A stretch of DNA of 63,501 nucleotides, filler included, from Trichosphaerium sp. ATCC 40318 (Eukaryota > Protista > Tubulinea): the NCBI GenBank assembly GCA_038496445.1. It is 2 parts of 2 records of this genome, joined end to end, with 100 filler letters (N's around TTAATTAATTAA, not from the genome) between each part and the next. Parts side by side here need not be neighbours in the genome. Positions count along the whole stretch, not along the records: positions 1 to 31,995 come from JALMLS010000007.1; 1 more part is not named here. One strand, 5' to 3'. The notes beneath the pieces are model-generated. The model had not been told where the DNA came from. It was given only the letters and a program-made list of their open reading frames with translations, and made no database searches. A program made the position numbers and the translations under genes. Positions 1 to 12,160 of this stretch are shown piece by piece; within the stretch, counting starts at the first letter, position 1, and the number at the start of each line of letters is the position of its first letter.

Positions 1-900
1 AATTCAGGGTGCCTATATCCAAGTAAACAACATTGACATCCCTAGTCAAAAATACAAGCCAAAATCACTGAGTCATTTTGGAAACGAAAATTCAGGTATT
101 TTCCAGAAAAGTTGTTTAAAATTCCAAACGACAATCATATCCTTTATCAAAAAATCGTACCTGGCGCCCAGAATATTTATGATTTCCTTCTTAGACTCAC
201 TTTGAGGACAATCAACGAAAGCGTTTTCAAGCAATAAGAATAACTGAGTTAACGTCAACTCGTTCTTACGCGATAATAATACTGGCAATATTGTATCAAG
301 GTTACCACCATGCTAATAACGTATTTTAGTACATTTTTTGTAAAGAGCGATTTAGATGCTGTTTTTTTTCTTTGATTCAATAAATTGATTTGGTTTTGCT
401 TTATGCGTAATCAAGCATATGCGTAGTGTTGATTGGTACAATAGATTGTGAATTTACGTACTTGTAGTATAGAAAATAATTGATTTGCTGTCCACATTGG
501 CGCTAGCGCTGATAGAGCGCATAACGCCATTTCTTTTGTTTTAGGGCGGAGGTTTTGATCTGCAGTCCAAAGGTCGTATACGGCTTTTGTACGCTTGCTT
601 TGTAGCTCAGCTAAGCTTAACAGCCGTTTTAGTACGCAAAAACGGCGTAAGTTACATACTTGTGCCCTTTTTTGACGAGTTCTCCTGTCACCAACTCTCT
701 AACCTTATTACGTAGCTGTAAATCTGGCATCTGTGTAAATTTATCTAAAATAGTGGAAGTGTCCTGTGAAGCGATTTCAGCTGCTGTTTTGCTTAAAAAC
801 GCTTGTAATAGAGGATCAAATGGATCTGCTTGAGTATTTGACATCGTAGCTGCTTGTGTTGTTGAGCTCGCTTAAAATAGCGGAAGAATCGTTTAAGACA
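1..900 (-). CDS. Hypothetical multi-exon protein running off the left edge; boundaries approximate
   Basis: Protein-like minus-strand ORF pieces 629-844 and 73-288 with GT/AG-flanked AT-rich gaps; no recognisable domain. Confidence 0.35.
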
Positions 901-1230
901 GATTGCGTTTGAACCCCGTGCCAAGCCACTATTAATCTAATATATTACCCTCGTGATGAAACAGAGTCGCGAGGTGTAGTTGAAAGGTATGTTGCTATTG
1001 AAGGCGTCAAATCATTTTTAGAGGGCTAAGAAGACCTGAATAGTCTGTTGATTAATTAAATAGGATAGTATTGGAGTGTCATTCTGAGGATTGATCAATT
1101 TGTTGTTAAACTTGCTTTTTCAACTTTAGAAGTGCTTTGAGTTCACTAAACACAACATTGGTGTCACTGAACGGCACTAACACAACGCTTTATCCAACAT
1201 TTAATACGAATACGTGAGTTACGCACTAGA

Positions 1231-2570
1231 ATGAGTCTTCCGTGCGTAGAGCGTAGTGGGTTCACTATTTAAATACGAAGCAGCGACAATATCCCTGAAG
1301 ACACTTATGAGACAACTGCCGATATCCTGAAGCAAGCCAGAATACGTGCAATAAATGGTGGAGTACCTGGAGCAGCTGCAATGTTCACGCAGGTCCGCTA
1401 CAGGCGTATTTTTATAATTTTCCGTTAAACAGCTTGGTTTTTCTGAAGATAGAAAAAAAGGGCAAACAGTTTATCGTAGGTTTTTTCTCTCATGTGGCTT
1501 CATACAACCATGAACTACCAATATCGTCATGGCACAAAGTCGATGTTTACGGCCATTAAAATTATATACAGTCAAGGAGGTGTACGAAGGTAAAAAAATT
1601 TAAAACCTTCAACACGTGATTATGTCAAACTAATTTGTTTTGAAGGTTTTATCGTGGATTACTTCCTGCACTATTTCAAGGGCCTTTAAGTAGATTTGGG
1701 GATACAGCCGCTAATGCTGGTATGCTAGAGCTTCTTAAGCACTATCCACAGACTAGAGATCTGCCAGCAGCTATACAAACACTTGCTGCATCAGGTACCT
1801 TTCTATATTCCGTAACCATCAGTTCCTCTCGTTTGTTCATAGTAACTGTAGGTTGTGCTGCTTTATGGAGAGTTAATTTAATGCCTTTGGATACCTTCAA
1901 GACTATTCTTCAAGTTGAAGGAAAAGCAGGAATAAAAGTACTAAGAAATAAGATAAGAATTGGTGGTGTACCTGTTTTGTACCATGGAAGTCTTGGCACT
2001 TTTACTAGTACGTACTCCACACCCTAGGATTTGCTGCATAAGGCTCATATCGTTTAATGCTATGCTTAGCATCGTTCATCGGTCACTATCCTTGGTTCTT
2101 TGTACATAACGTTCTAAATCAAACATTACCTGAAGCTTCCAGTTTTGGAAGTAATCTATGTCGCAATGCTTTGATGGGTTTCTGTTCAGCTATTGTATCT
2201 GATACGATTTCTAATGGTATAAGGGTTGTCAAAACAACAAAACAGACATACCGCGAACCAATAAGTAAGTAACGAAAACTAACATACCTTGGAAAAAAAT
2301 ACCGTTAGGTAACACGTGCTAAATGGGTTTTTGTAGGTTATACAAAAGTAATAAAAATGATTGTACAAAAAGAGGGAGTTCTTGGATTATGGCAACGTGG
2401 TCTAAGAACAAGGATAGTTGGTAACTGCTTACAGTCTATTATGTTCACCATAGTATGGAAGGTGCGTAATATATTACAATTATATTTATCGTCTAATGCT
2501 ATTTACTCGTTTACTTTTATTAAAGGGTTTGGAGCAATATTTTATCGATAATCACATGCTCACAACATAG
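1231..2570 (+). CDS. Mitochondrial carrier family (SLC25-like) protein, multi-exon
   Basis: Spliced translation [41 protein letters not shown]...[25 protein letters not shown]...[13 protein letters not shown] (PxDxxK signature)...[26 protein letters not shown]; GT-AG introns. Confidence 0.9.
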
Positions 2571-2765
2571 CAACAGTGCTAGTACTTCTACTATTCTCAA
2601 CTTAATCTGTAAATAATATAAATTGTACTCAACAAACTATTTATATACGGTTAATAATTGAAGCAGAGTAACCTATGTAATTAATTGTTGTCTATAGGTG
2701 GTATTGGTAAACAAAGGACATTCCTAGAGGAGTTCAGATACGCACCTCAACAATACTTCTCCTCT

Positions 2766-4460
2766 TCACTCTTTATATTTGTTTACTAAAGCCAATGAAT
2801 CCGAGTTGCTATTTTTTGCTACGAATAAACTATTTTGTTCAGCAACCGAAACGTGATTCCTTGTGAATGAGTAATTCTGTTTCGTACAGTTTCTTGCAAC
2901 CTTGATGAAACATGACAGATAAATTCTGTTAATTTTTTGATGAGCAAAAGACAATTTGTTCGTTTTGAAAGCACGTGATATTCGATTTAGATGTGGCTTG
3001 TAGTTCTGGGCTTGGCTTAAAAAAATGTTTCCAATTAGCCTGGCTAGACGGTACGTTGGAATTTGTATATGATCATTATTCAAGGCCTTACAAGTACGTA
3101 TTTCTTTGCTGTTTTCGTAGTCGACTACAAAACCTTTAAGCCATTAAATGCTCCCTATATTTGCGCTAAGTACAATTGCTAACGCACCAAAGGGGAACGC
3201 TATAGCCTTCCGTCAACTTCGACAGACGAGCGCTCACCTAAACCGCCAGGCAGTACAATGTTTGCTGAGCATCGATGACTTGTTGTTACATGTTTTTCTG
3301 CTATTTTACAAGCCCTAATACTAGCTTTGTATGTACAATAGAATGCATTTTAAAGACCGTTTAGCCATACTAGAAACGAAGACTTTTTGTAGCTTATTTT
3401 ATTTTTCTTGATAACTTCTTGAGAACGCTAGGATCACAAGAATACTTTAATTTTATTTTGTGGTTTGTACAAGTATTATTTACAAATATGTTGCGACTTT
3501 GACAAGGTTTAAGACAGCTTTGCGGTAGGAGTTTGAGGTTCTCAACATGTTGTCTTGTATTAAAAATTGGCCGTAGCCTAAATAGCGCAATTGTTTAGTC
3601 TTTAAAAAGTGGTTGTTTTAAATTGAGGGTTTGCCAAGAAACCCACAAGCAGCAACGATTTTACGGTATTCTTCAACTTCTGTAGTACTGAAGTTAGTTC
3701 AAATCACAAGCTGTTAGCCTCTAGATTTGCAATGAGGAAAATGAACGAACCTGGAGGAAGAGGACCTCGGGTCGGAAGTCTTTTTCTCCGTTTTGTTTGT
3801 ACATTTGCAGGATTATTTTGTATTCGTTTTAGCTCCAACCAACACCGTCCATCGATACCAACATAGCCTTAAATAAAAAATGTCAATAAAATATTCACGC
3901 GATGGTTAAATCGACGGATATTAGGTAGAGGAAATTTAGTTGTAGCGTAGAAATGGCGTACGCTTGCTTTTATTCAATTTCTTTTGCAAATGAGACTTTG
4001 AGATGTATACTCCCTGTTGATCGTATGAACTTGATATAGGAGATGCTGTATTCATGACTGTTATATCGAATGATGAGGTGCTCACAATGCAGTGTTCTTA
4101 AAAGCTTCAGAAACTGGTGAAAACTGCGAGATTTCAATTGCAAGTACAGAATATCTTGTACTTTTTTCTGTACTTGATTTGTACCTCTTTGATGCTACCT
4201 CGTAGTACTTTAGATTCATAAATCGCTATTTACTACTTTAGCACTATTGGAGACTTTCATACTTTCTGAAACGATAGTTTTTACGATACCTGGTGTCAGC
4301 CACGTATTGTGTAGCGCATTCTTGACTTTACTTACTCAGCGAATAAAAAACCGCCGATTAAAATGTTTGTACTTATACTTATACGCATTTCTTTGTATCG
4401 ATTCAGCGTTCGGGTTAAAACTGGTAGCGTCTACAGCTGTTCTACTGAAATTCTGATCTT
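2766..4460 (-). CDS. Possible hypothetical or degenerate basic protein; structure unresolved
   Basis: ORF 2766-3083 plus several minus-strand exon-like segments; no motif recognised. Confidence 0.25.
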
Positions 4461-4801
4461 TTAAAGAAACAATTCTGTATTTGAACTCAGTGAACTAAAA
4501 TGAATGATGACAGTGAAGTATTTATTTAATAACTTGTCAAACAACCTCTTGAGTAACGTAATATTACCAAAGGTGGCAAATCTGGTAATCCAGATAGCTA
4601 CTGTGAGCAACGAGTATCACGTGCTACATACCTTAATGAATGGCTTTAACACTTGCATTTGGTGGCTCGGACAGACATCGTAAAGTATAAAATACCACAT
4701 TTACAGCGGGAAGTGCGACCTCGAAAGTATTAATTTACTCTACTCACGTCAGTGATATAAACTAGTTTTTATTGCTTAATTACAATACCCAATATGAGGT
4801 A

Positions 4802-5985
4802 CTACATTGTGTATACAATCAAATAAGAAGGTAAAACTTGCTTAGGATCATAAACAACTAGTTCATCATAGTTAAGCACATGACCAACTTCTCCAAGAAC
4901 AGAATTAAAGCCTTTAGGAGGTCCAGTAAAGTGTTCACCATTATCCTTTGTTTTAAATACTCTCCCTGTTATAACCTTACAAAGGAACATACACCTCCAC
5001 CTCTTTCCTCCTATTATCCTCTCTGATTTATTAGCATAATCATTAGACTTTCCAGAAACAGAAGAAAAGTACAAGGCAGATCCATAACGCTGAAACGGCT
5101 TTCCTTGCGTTAGTTTAAAGCCTATTCTACAAATATTGCAGATACAGCAGTCTTGGCTATTACAAGGCTTCGCATTGAGTCTGATACCAATATCACATAA
5201 GCTAGAAGTGCCATGGAACCTTCTTTCGACGGTATCTTCTCCTCCCAACATTTTGGTCATTTTCTTGAATACTTCAATACGTTCAGGGCTTGGGTCTATC
5301 TGTAGTATGCGCTGGACTCTAACAGTACCATAAGGGTTGGTTTCTCTCTTTTTCCACTTGGAGATAAACTGATATTTGATGTTTTCGTATTTAGGATGTC
5401 TATTCGTCATAACTGATAGCGTGTAGTTGTCACCTAGCCAATAGAGTATTAAGTGACATTATTTGGATGAGGTTTAGGCCCATTTGACGCTCTCTGAGAG
5501 GTGTACCTTTGAAACACCGCTCATAGCCTTGTCTCGATGGCAACAAGCCTCTTTCGTTGGCTCTCATGGAGTGGGTGCGTCCACAATAGTCGTAAGATAT
5601 TTGGCGTGCCTCATCGAAGAATACTGCCTTTTTGCACCCGGGAAGTGCGCACATTTTAGTGTAGTCCATACAGGAAGGCGGAGGCCATTCGTTATTCTGC
5701 ATAGCCATTTCTGCGTGGCGCCTGCTGCAAAAGTCGTGTACACGACCTATGATGTTAATGCGTGCGTGGTGGGGTATTTTACTGCTATTTTGTACCTCTT
5801 TCGAAATAAACCGCTTTATCACATCCTCTGTACTTGCAAATATGGCACTTACCATGAGGCTTTTGTACAGCACCGTTTCTACCTTCAAGAGCGTGCGTTC
5901 GACCACAGTAGTCGTGAACAACTCCTGCATTTGTCCAGCAGGGTTTATTACAATGAGGTAACGCGCACTTGGGTGGTTCAGCCAT
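4802..5985 (-). CDS. PARP-catalytic-like ADP-ribosyltransferase with three N-terminal Cys/His repeats
   Basis: Three exons (introns ~5748-5795, ~5434-5506) join in frame; H-Y-E-type motifs RRFHGT, YGSALYFSSVSGKSNDYA, NYDELVVY; repeats CxxxxCxK...(H/Y)D(Y/F)CxRxH. Confidence 0.85.
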
Positions 5986-6968
5986 GATCGAACAAGTTAG
6001 AGTGTTGATAAATAAGAATGAAGACCATAATTGACGTTTTACAAATTCCGTTTTGGCATTTTTTTTCCAAGCTGTGTAAGGAAGTCACTTCAGTGAACCT
6101 TACTATCCATCATGATGATCACGTCAAGACCCTTCTCCAGGTGAACCTGTCCGGGTAAACCTGGCGGTTCGGGTGAACATGCAGCACCGGTGAACATGTA
6201 GCTTGTAACTCAAAGTAAGATAAACTTGCTACAGATAGCTTTAACCTTAAACAAGAGATACAACATTTATTGTCTATTCACAAGTAAAGAAGCATCCTGG
6301 CCAGGTATGTACCTCTGTATAGCTGTACCATATGAAGTGGGTTTTAGAACTATCTAGATACTTAGGAATCACGTAGTTTATGCAGGTTTTGACCTGAAGT
6401 AACTGCCTTTTTTGTTAGCGCTAAAGCTAGTTTTTCGAGATGGCTGGTGAACACAGGCAACCCTGGAGTACACAATCTAGCTTGTTGATTTATCCTTACA
6501 GAGTACTTTGTGTGATTGCAGGAGCAGAAAGTCACGTGCTTGCTACTAATTGGGAGTTATCTAAAAGTAGCTTAACGTTTCGCTAATAGCGTTATTACAG
6601 GTCAACTCCTAGATATCTTAGCTATCTACACATCTTTTGTGTTATATTCTTGCCACAAGATCATAATCTTTGAAAAAACACAAGGCTTGCTCGCAATACA
6701 GACCAAAATCAAACCTTTATGATCTAAGTATGTTTGTTTTACAAGTTGCACATACAAACAGGCCTATAAAATATTATATGGCTTTTCATCTTTATTACAG
6801 ATATACTGGGGCTTTGTTACAGGAGTTGTGAGCCTGTAGCTAATAAAGCCGTTCCCGTTTACCTTAATATTAGCATTCTGCACTTTGCGAAAAGTCAGTT
6901 CAAAAAAATTGGCCTAAGTGAGATTTCAATAAAAAGTTCAGTCTTGCACTTGCTCAAAGGGAGGAAGC

Positions 6969-8350
6969 ATGGGTTAGAAACAAATTATGCTATTACATAC
7001 ATGCTCATAGCGCTTAGGAAATACTATAGCACGTTTTAAGCCTTCATACATTGACAAACTCCCAGAAGATGTGTTATACGACATCGCACAATTCATGACG
7101 CCCTATGAAGTCTTTAAAAGCGGTAAACGTATTTTTTAATGTCGTTTGTCCTAAAACGCCTTAGAAATGATTAACAAATCGTTTAAGAATGTCTTTGGAT
7201 CTACATATTGCCTACGGAAGTACTGCTTGCCCAAAACCGCATCAGAGCTACCAGACTCGTCGCTTTCAGTTATTAAAATGGTACTGACAAACCAGTGTTA
7301 ATCTATCTTTCTTTGTGTAACTTTGTGCGCTTTTAATAGCTTTTGGCAAGCTTGAAATTAAAGACACGTGATATTCCTAAAATAGTGTTGTACAATACAA
7401 CAACAGAGAGAATGAATATAAGGAGTATTTTTAATAATGTCTTTGAAGAAAAAGAAGAACAAAGAAAAATGTGGGTAAGAAACAAGAATGAAGTAGGAAA
7501 TAGCCATAAATAAATTAACAGCTGCAATAGTCCATATACAATGCTGTGATTGAAGTTGATGGCATACAACGTCTTGTTCAAATATGGGACGTGGACACAC
7601 GTGAGAATTACTGCGAAAAGTACCTTTTGATCATTTTTTTTATTTGTTTTTTTTCTTTTTCTTATTAACTTGGAATAAGTATCACACAGCGTATTTGTGG
7701 AGATGCGGCAATTGTACTCAATATTAATCACAATTATGTCAGTAGATACAGAGAAGACTTTGAAACTATGGTGCTTAGCTACAAACCAAGTAACAAGGAA
7801 AAGGATACCTTGAGGAACACCCTTCCTACTCGACAGATATTCACGAACTATGACAGTACTTTAAATGCAAAATGTGTGAAATTTGGCAAAGATAACATAC
7901 CAGAGGTACAGAAAAAGAAGGACATTCTATTCAAAGAAGTGCGTGTTTGTTTATCAATTTCCCAAAAAAGACAAATGAATCGAGTGAGTTAATATCTTTG
8001 TCAAGGTTCTAGAAATTTCACTAAGGTGGTACCTCAATCAAAAGGACACTTCTAAGATTTCTTTTAAATATGCAATGCGTGTGGCATGGCTAGATGAGGA
8101 AAGAGAAGACGACGAATATATGTACCAAAATGGGAAAATAACTGTATGTTTACTGGCTTTTTTTTTGAATATTCTAACACCTCTTGCAGACACATAATTT
8201 ACCATGGGAACTGCCATATATAGTTTGGATGTATGTATTAATTCTTAACTTTAGTTCTAAACCACTAATACTTAACAACAGGGAACCTTGCTTCGCTTGT
8301 GGTATGGGTTGAAAAGCCTTTGGTGTATTGTGGTAAGAACGAACAAGTTT
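6969..8350 (+). CDS. F-box-like protein with possible N-myristoylation start (MGNT); 3' end approximate
   Basis: ATGG first exon, intron 6973-7017, then GNTIARFKPSYIDKLPEDVLYDIAQFMTPYEVF, an F-box-like LPxExLxxIxxF pattern; further short exons downstream. Confidence 0.55.
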
Positions 8351-8850
8351 CGTAGTGAATAGTTTAATCGCTTGCACATTGCATTTATGTACAATAGTTA
8401 CCTTGTAAGATAGTTAACATATTTACTTATAAATTATGATTTGTGTGCAATAGTCTTGTGTATACAAAAGGGAATATTTTGAACTCGATGTACTTCATAT
8501 GGATTGTGAAAGCAACTTACCGCTAAAGGCCTCAAGTTCATACTTCCATACATGGCTACAATGCCTAACATCCATGTAATTTTTAATCACTTGATTCTTA
8601 AACGTCAGATTATAACCGTGTCAACAGATTACGTGTGGTGTACAAAGTATGTCAAGTATTGCCACTCTACAAACTTGACATACTGTATAAGACGATCAAA
8701 GATTACATAGACTGTGAGTAAAGATAATGGAGTATTTGATTTATTGAAACATTTACAGCACTCAGATAGCTTCATGTTCGTGCCAATGTACTTCATTTGA
8801 TACTGTGACATTACACTAAATAACCGGTGGCCGTTACAACTTGGTTGACA

Positions 8851-9997
8851 TTAATGTGTTAAAGCCTCTTTGATGGCTTCATAGTTAAGGTTCCTAGCAT
8901 AATCTAACATTTTCTTGTAAGGCTGTGGAACGTCTTGGCGAAAAGCTTCTACAAGTGTGTTGAGTTTTAGTAAATCAGCTAGACTTTTATCTGGCTTCTC
9001 AGCACATTCTTTCCATGCCTGGAAGGCTTTGCCTATTTTGATCTGGTATTCCTCGCTCAGGTGATAATAGTGAATTAGTCTAATAAGTACTTCAAGGTCA
9101 TCAGAAGCAGTATGAAGGAAAACTTGTTCTTTGTTCGTGTAGCTTTTTATCACATGATTTGGTGCGAGAAGAGAACCTTCATCTTCCTTTTTTTTTCTTG
9201 GTTTCACAGCCCCTCCAATGTAAGATGTACGGCTCTAGGATACAGCTCAAGCATAAGTGTTCCATTGACAACCTTCTACAAAGAGACAATTAGTGAGTAT
9301 TTATTGCAGGAATTGATGTAGTACCCGTGACATAAGCGGTTAGCATGTACTTCTTTTAATATTCCCAAATACCTGACAGAGTATTTCTGTAAGATTTCAT
9401 TGTTTTCATAGACTCCTGTGGGAAATTAGTAAAGGATACTGGCTTTAAACATACTTTGGTCGACCGCTTAGCCCTGGATGCAGAAAAGCTTCTACTTGTG
9501 GTTAGACTGATAACCGTAAAGCCACAAGACAAAACGTGTTAACGCACGAGTTTGAGATAGACTTTTCCTTGCATCTTGATTGATAAAGTAAGTTAGATTA
9601 CCTGATATTAATACACTAGTGGCTAGTTAACACACAAGTGATTCACCAGTTTAATGATCTCAACAGCGATCGTTTTTCTGAAAACTTATATTCTAGCACC
9701 GGTTCTTTGAATAGTTCGGTGTCTGTAGTTGTAAGTCTGTTGTAATGCCGTTCCCAGAGATCAAACAGTGCTTTTTTTTGCATTTCATGAATTCGTCTTC
9801 GTCAGTTGATGGAATGTAACCCCGCTCTGTAGATCTAAAAAGAAGTAAATTTGCTGATTAACTTTTGGGTTTCGAGGCCCAACTATCTTTGTGCAATTCT
9901 AAGGTACATAGTACTTTGTATTTAAAATGAGTCGTACTGTTTCTTGGAAGACATGTTGTGATGATTGTTGAACGACTAAAAATGAATCAGCGATTAC
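8851..9997 (-). pseudogene. Hypothetical multi-exon gene, probably disrupted (hAT insertion on its 5' side, apparent frameshift near 9775)
   Basis: Last-exon ORF 8851-9207; upstream protein-like frames IYRAGYIPSTDEDEFMKCKK and ALFDLWERHYNRL are offset at an A8 run. Confidence 0.35.
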
Positions 9998-10306
9998 CAT
10001 TCAAGTAGAGGTGGGAAAGGAATGACTCGATATTCAGCTCACTGTTTTTTTGTAAAAACCAATAAGTTTCAACTTATTTGGCTTAAGTCGTTTGTTAAAT
10101 AAATTGTAATCGTAATCTTGATGGCAGAACCAGAAAGTAATCGACCAAAGCCAACTCGGAGAATAGCAAGGCGCTCTCCAGTGTTTACTTTGGGTCACGT
10201 ACAGGACACTTCATCAGGAGTGAAGTGTAACTACTGCAACTTTGTTTTCAACAGAAGCACGAGCACAACCATCCTCACCAGACATATTTCTCACAGGTCT
10301 GAAAAT

Positions 10307-10700
10307 TATCATGGTATTATACCGTATTTTATGGTATAATCACCTTTTATGGTACAAGCTCAGTATAATCCATAATTATACCATATAATTATACCATAAA
10401 ATATGGTATAATACCATGTTTTTTGGACAAATGGTATAACAGCCATTATACCATGTTTATACCATATTTCAATTTATAGAATATAATTATACCATAAAAC
10501 ATGGTACTATACCATGGTATTATACCACATTTTACAGTACATTATACCATGCATTATACCATATAATTATACCATAAAACATGGTACTATACCATGGTAT
10601 TATACTGTATTTTAAAGTATAGTATACTGTGCATTATACCATATAATTATACCATAAAATGTGGTATTATACCATGGTATTATACCGTATAAGTATAAGT
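10307..10700. repeat. Left subterminal array of TATACCAT/ATGGTAT motifs, including three 80-bp-period units
   Basis: ATATAATTATACCATAAAA..TGGTA.TATACCATGGTATTATAC begins at 10481, 10561 and 10641. Confidence 0.9.
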
Positions 10701-11859
10701 TAGTCAAAGCTCACTTGGTCTACACTTGATTTAATAGCCTTTGGCCCTACACAAACGCCATACCACACAATGCTTTGACAGTAGCCGTTATTGAACATAA
10801 TTGGCATATAAATGTGTGAAAAACAGTTTTAAGAGAGAAATCTGGTAACGCGCCCCAATTGCGGGCGTTTTAGGGATAAATTGGCCAATTTTCTCCAATT
10901 GACAGTATTTGAGGAAGAAACCACTCCATGTACCCCATGTTAGAACGCTACAGTGGTAGACACACCAAAAACGCGTTTAGCGCTTGAAAAATGCCCATTC
11001 GCAAAAAACCTCCAGTTGGAGGTTTTTTTCCCCGGCTCTCATTTTTTTCTCCCCTCCATAGGCATTTTTACACTCAATCAACACCATACAGCCTCATTTA
11101 CCAAATCAGGAGCAAAATTATTTATTTTTTTTTGACATTTTTGATATACGCTCCAATGCATGTTAAAACGCGTGAATAGTGCTATAAGGCCAAGTTGTTT
11201 CAGAGCCTACCCATTTTTTGAGTTTTTTGGTTTTTTTGGATTTTTTTGGCTTTTTTTGAATTTTTCCCTACTAAACGCCCACATTTGCCAGAACAGATAG
11301 CATTTAGGCTTCACACCCATGCGTTGACCTTACGAGTGATATTGTAAACCAATTGGCTAAGTCAGAGCACAAAACTAAGTCTTGTCCAGTTTATCGCCCG
11401 CACAACACAAGGTACGCTAAAAGTAGTTGTTTTGAAGCCGCTTGCCATAGGTTTTAACCAAGCTAGATAGATGATAAAAAAAAAACCAAGATGTGTTAAT
11501 TAACAGGTATGATTCCGCTAGAACTTGTTTCCGATGAAGTTGGCAGTTATTTTCATTTCTTTGTTTTAGTCTTGGTTTGGCTCCACCACACAGGTCATTT
11601 GTTACTCCCAGTGCTGCCACCACAACAAAACAGCAATTTTTGTACGACTATTTATTTTGTGCATCAAGCCTTCACTAATTCTTCTTCTAGTTTTCATGCT
11701 ATGTCCATTCGATGCACTTACAGCAAGTACAATATTTTTTTTGAAAGTTATTTGATGTGTCAACTACCACAAAAGAGGATATGGACAAAACCAAAGGTCA
11801 CGGATGTAAACAAAAAAATGTATTAATAAATGTGGTTTTATTATTAGAACAGTTTTTAC

Positions 11860-12160
11860 ACGGTATAATACACCTGGTTTTGTGGTATAATCTACCAAGT
11901 TTTAAGGTATAATATACCAGACTTTGTGGTATTATACTGTGTTTTATACCATGTTTTATGGTAGAATTATACCATATATTGCATTTTTTCAGGTGAAAAA
12001 ATATGGTATAAATTCGCACTTTCTACTGCATATTTATGGTATAATTTGGCTGTTTTATGGTATAAATCCTTTGATTTATGGTATATTATACTGGAATTTG
12101 TGGTATAAAATTGTAATCAATGGTATAATTATACCACAAATCCATGGTATCTACCATAAA
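11860..12160. repeat. Right subterminal array of TGGTATAA/TTATACCA motifs
   Basis: More than 15 copies, mostly inverted relative to the left array. Confidence 0.85.

Noticed and set aside
5484-5987. 167-aa plus-strand ORF and similar overlapping ORFs
   Set aside because: They are antisense to well-supported genes and carry no motifs.
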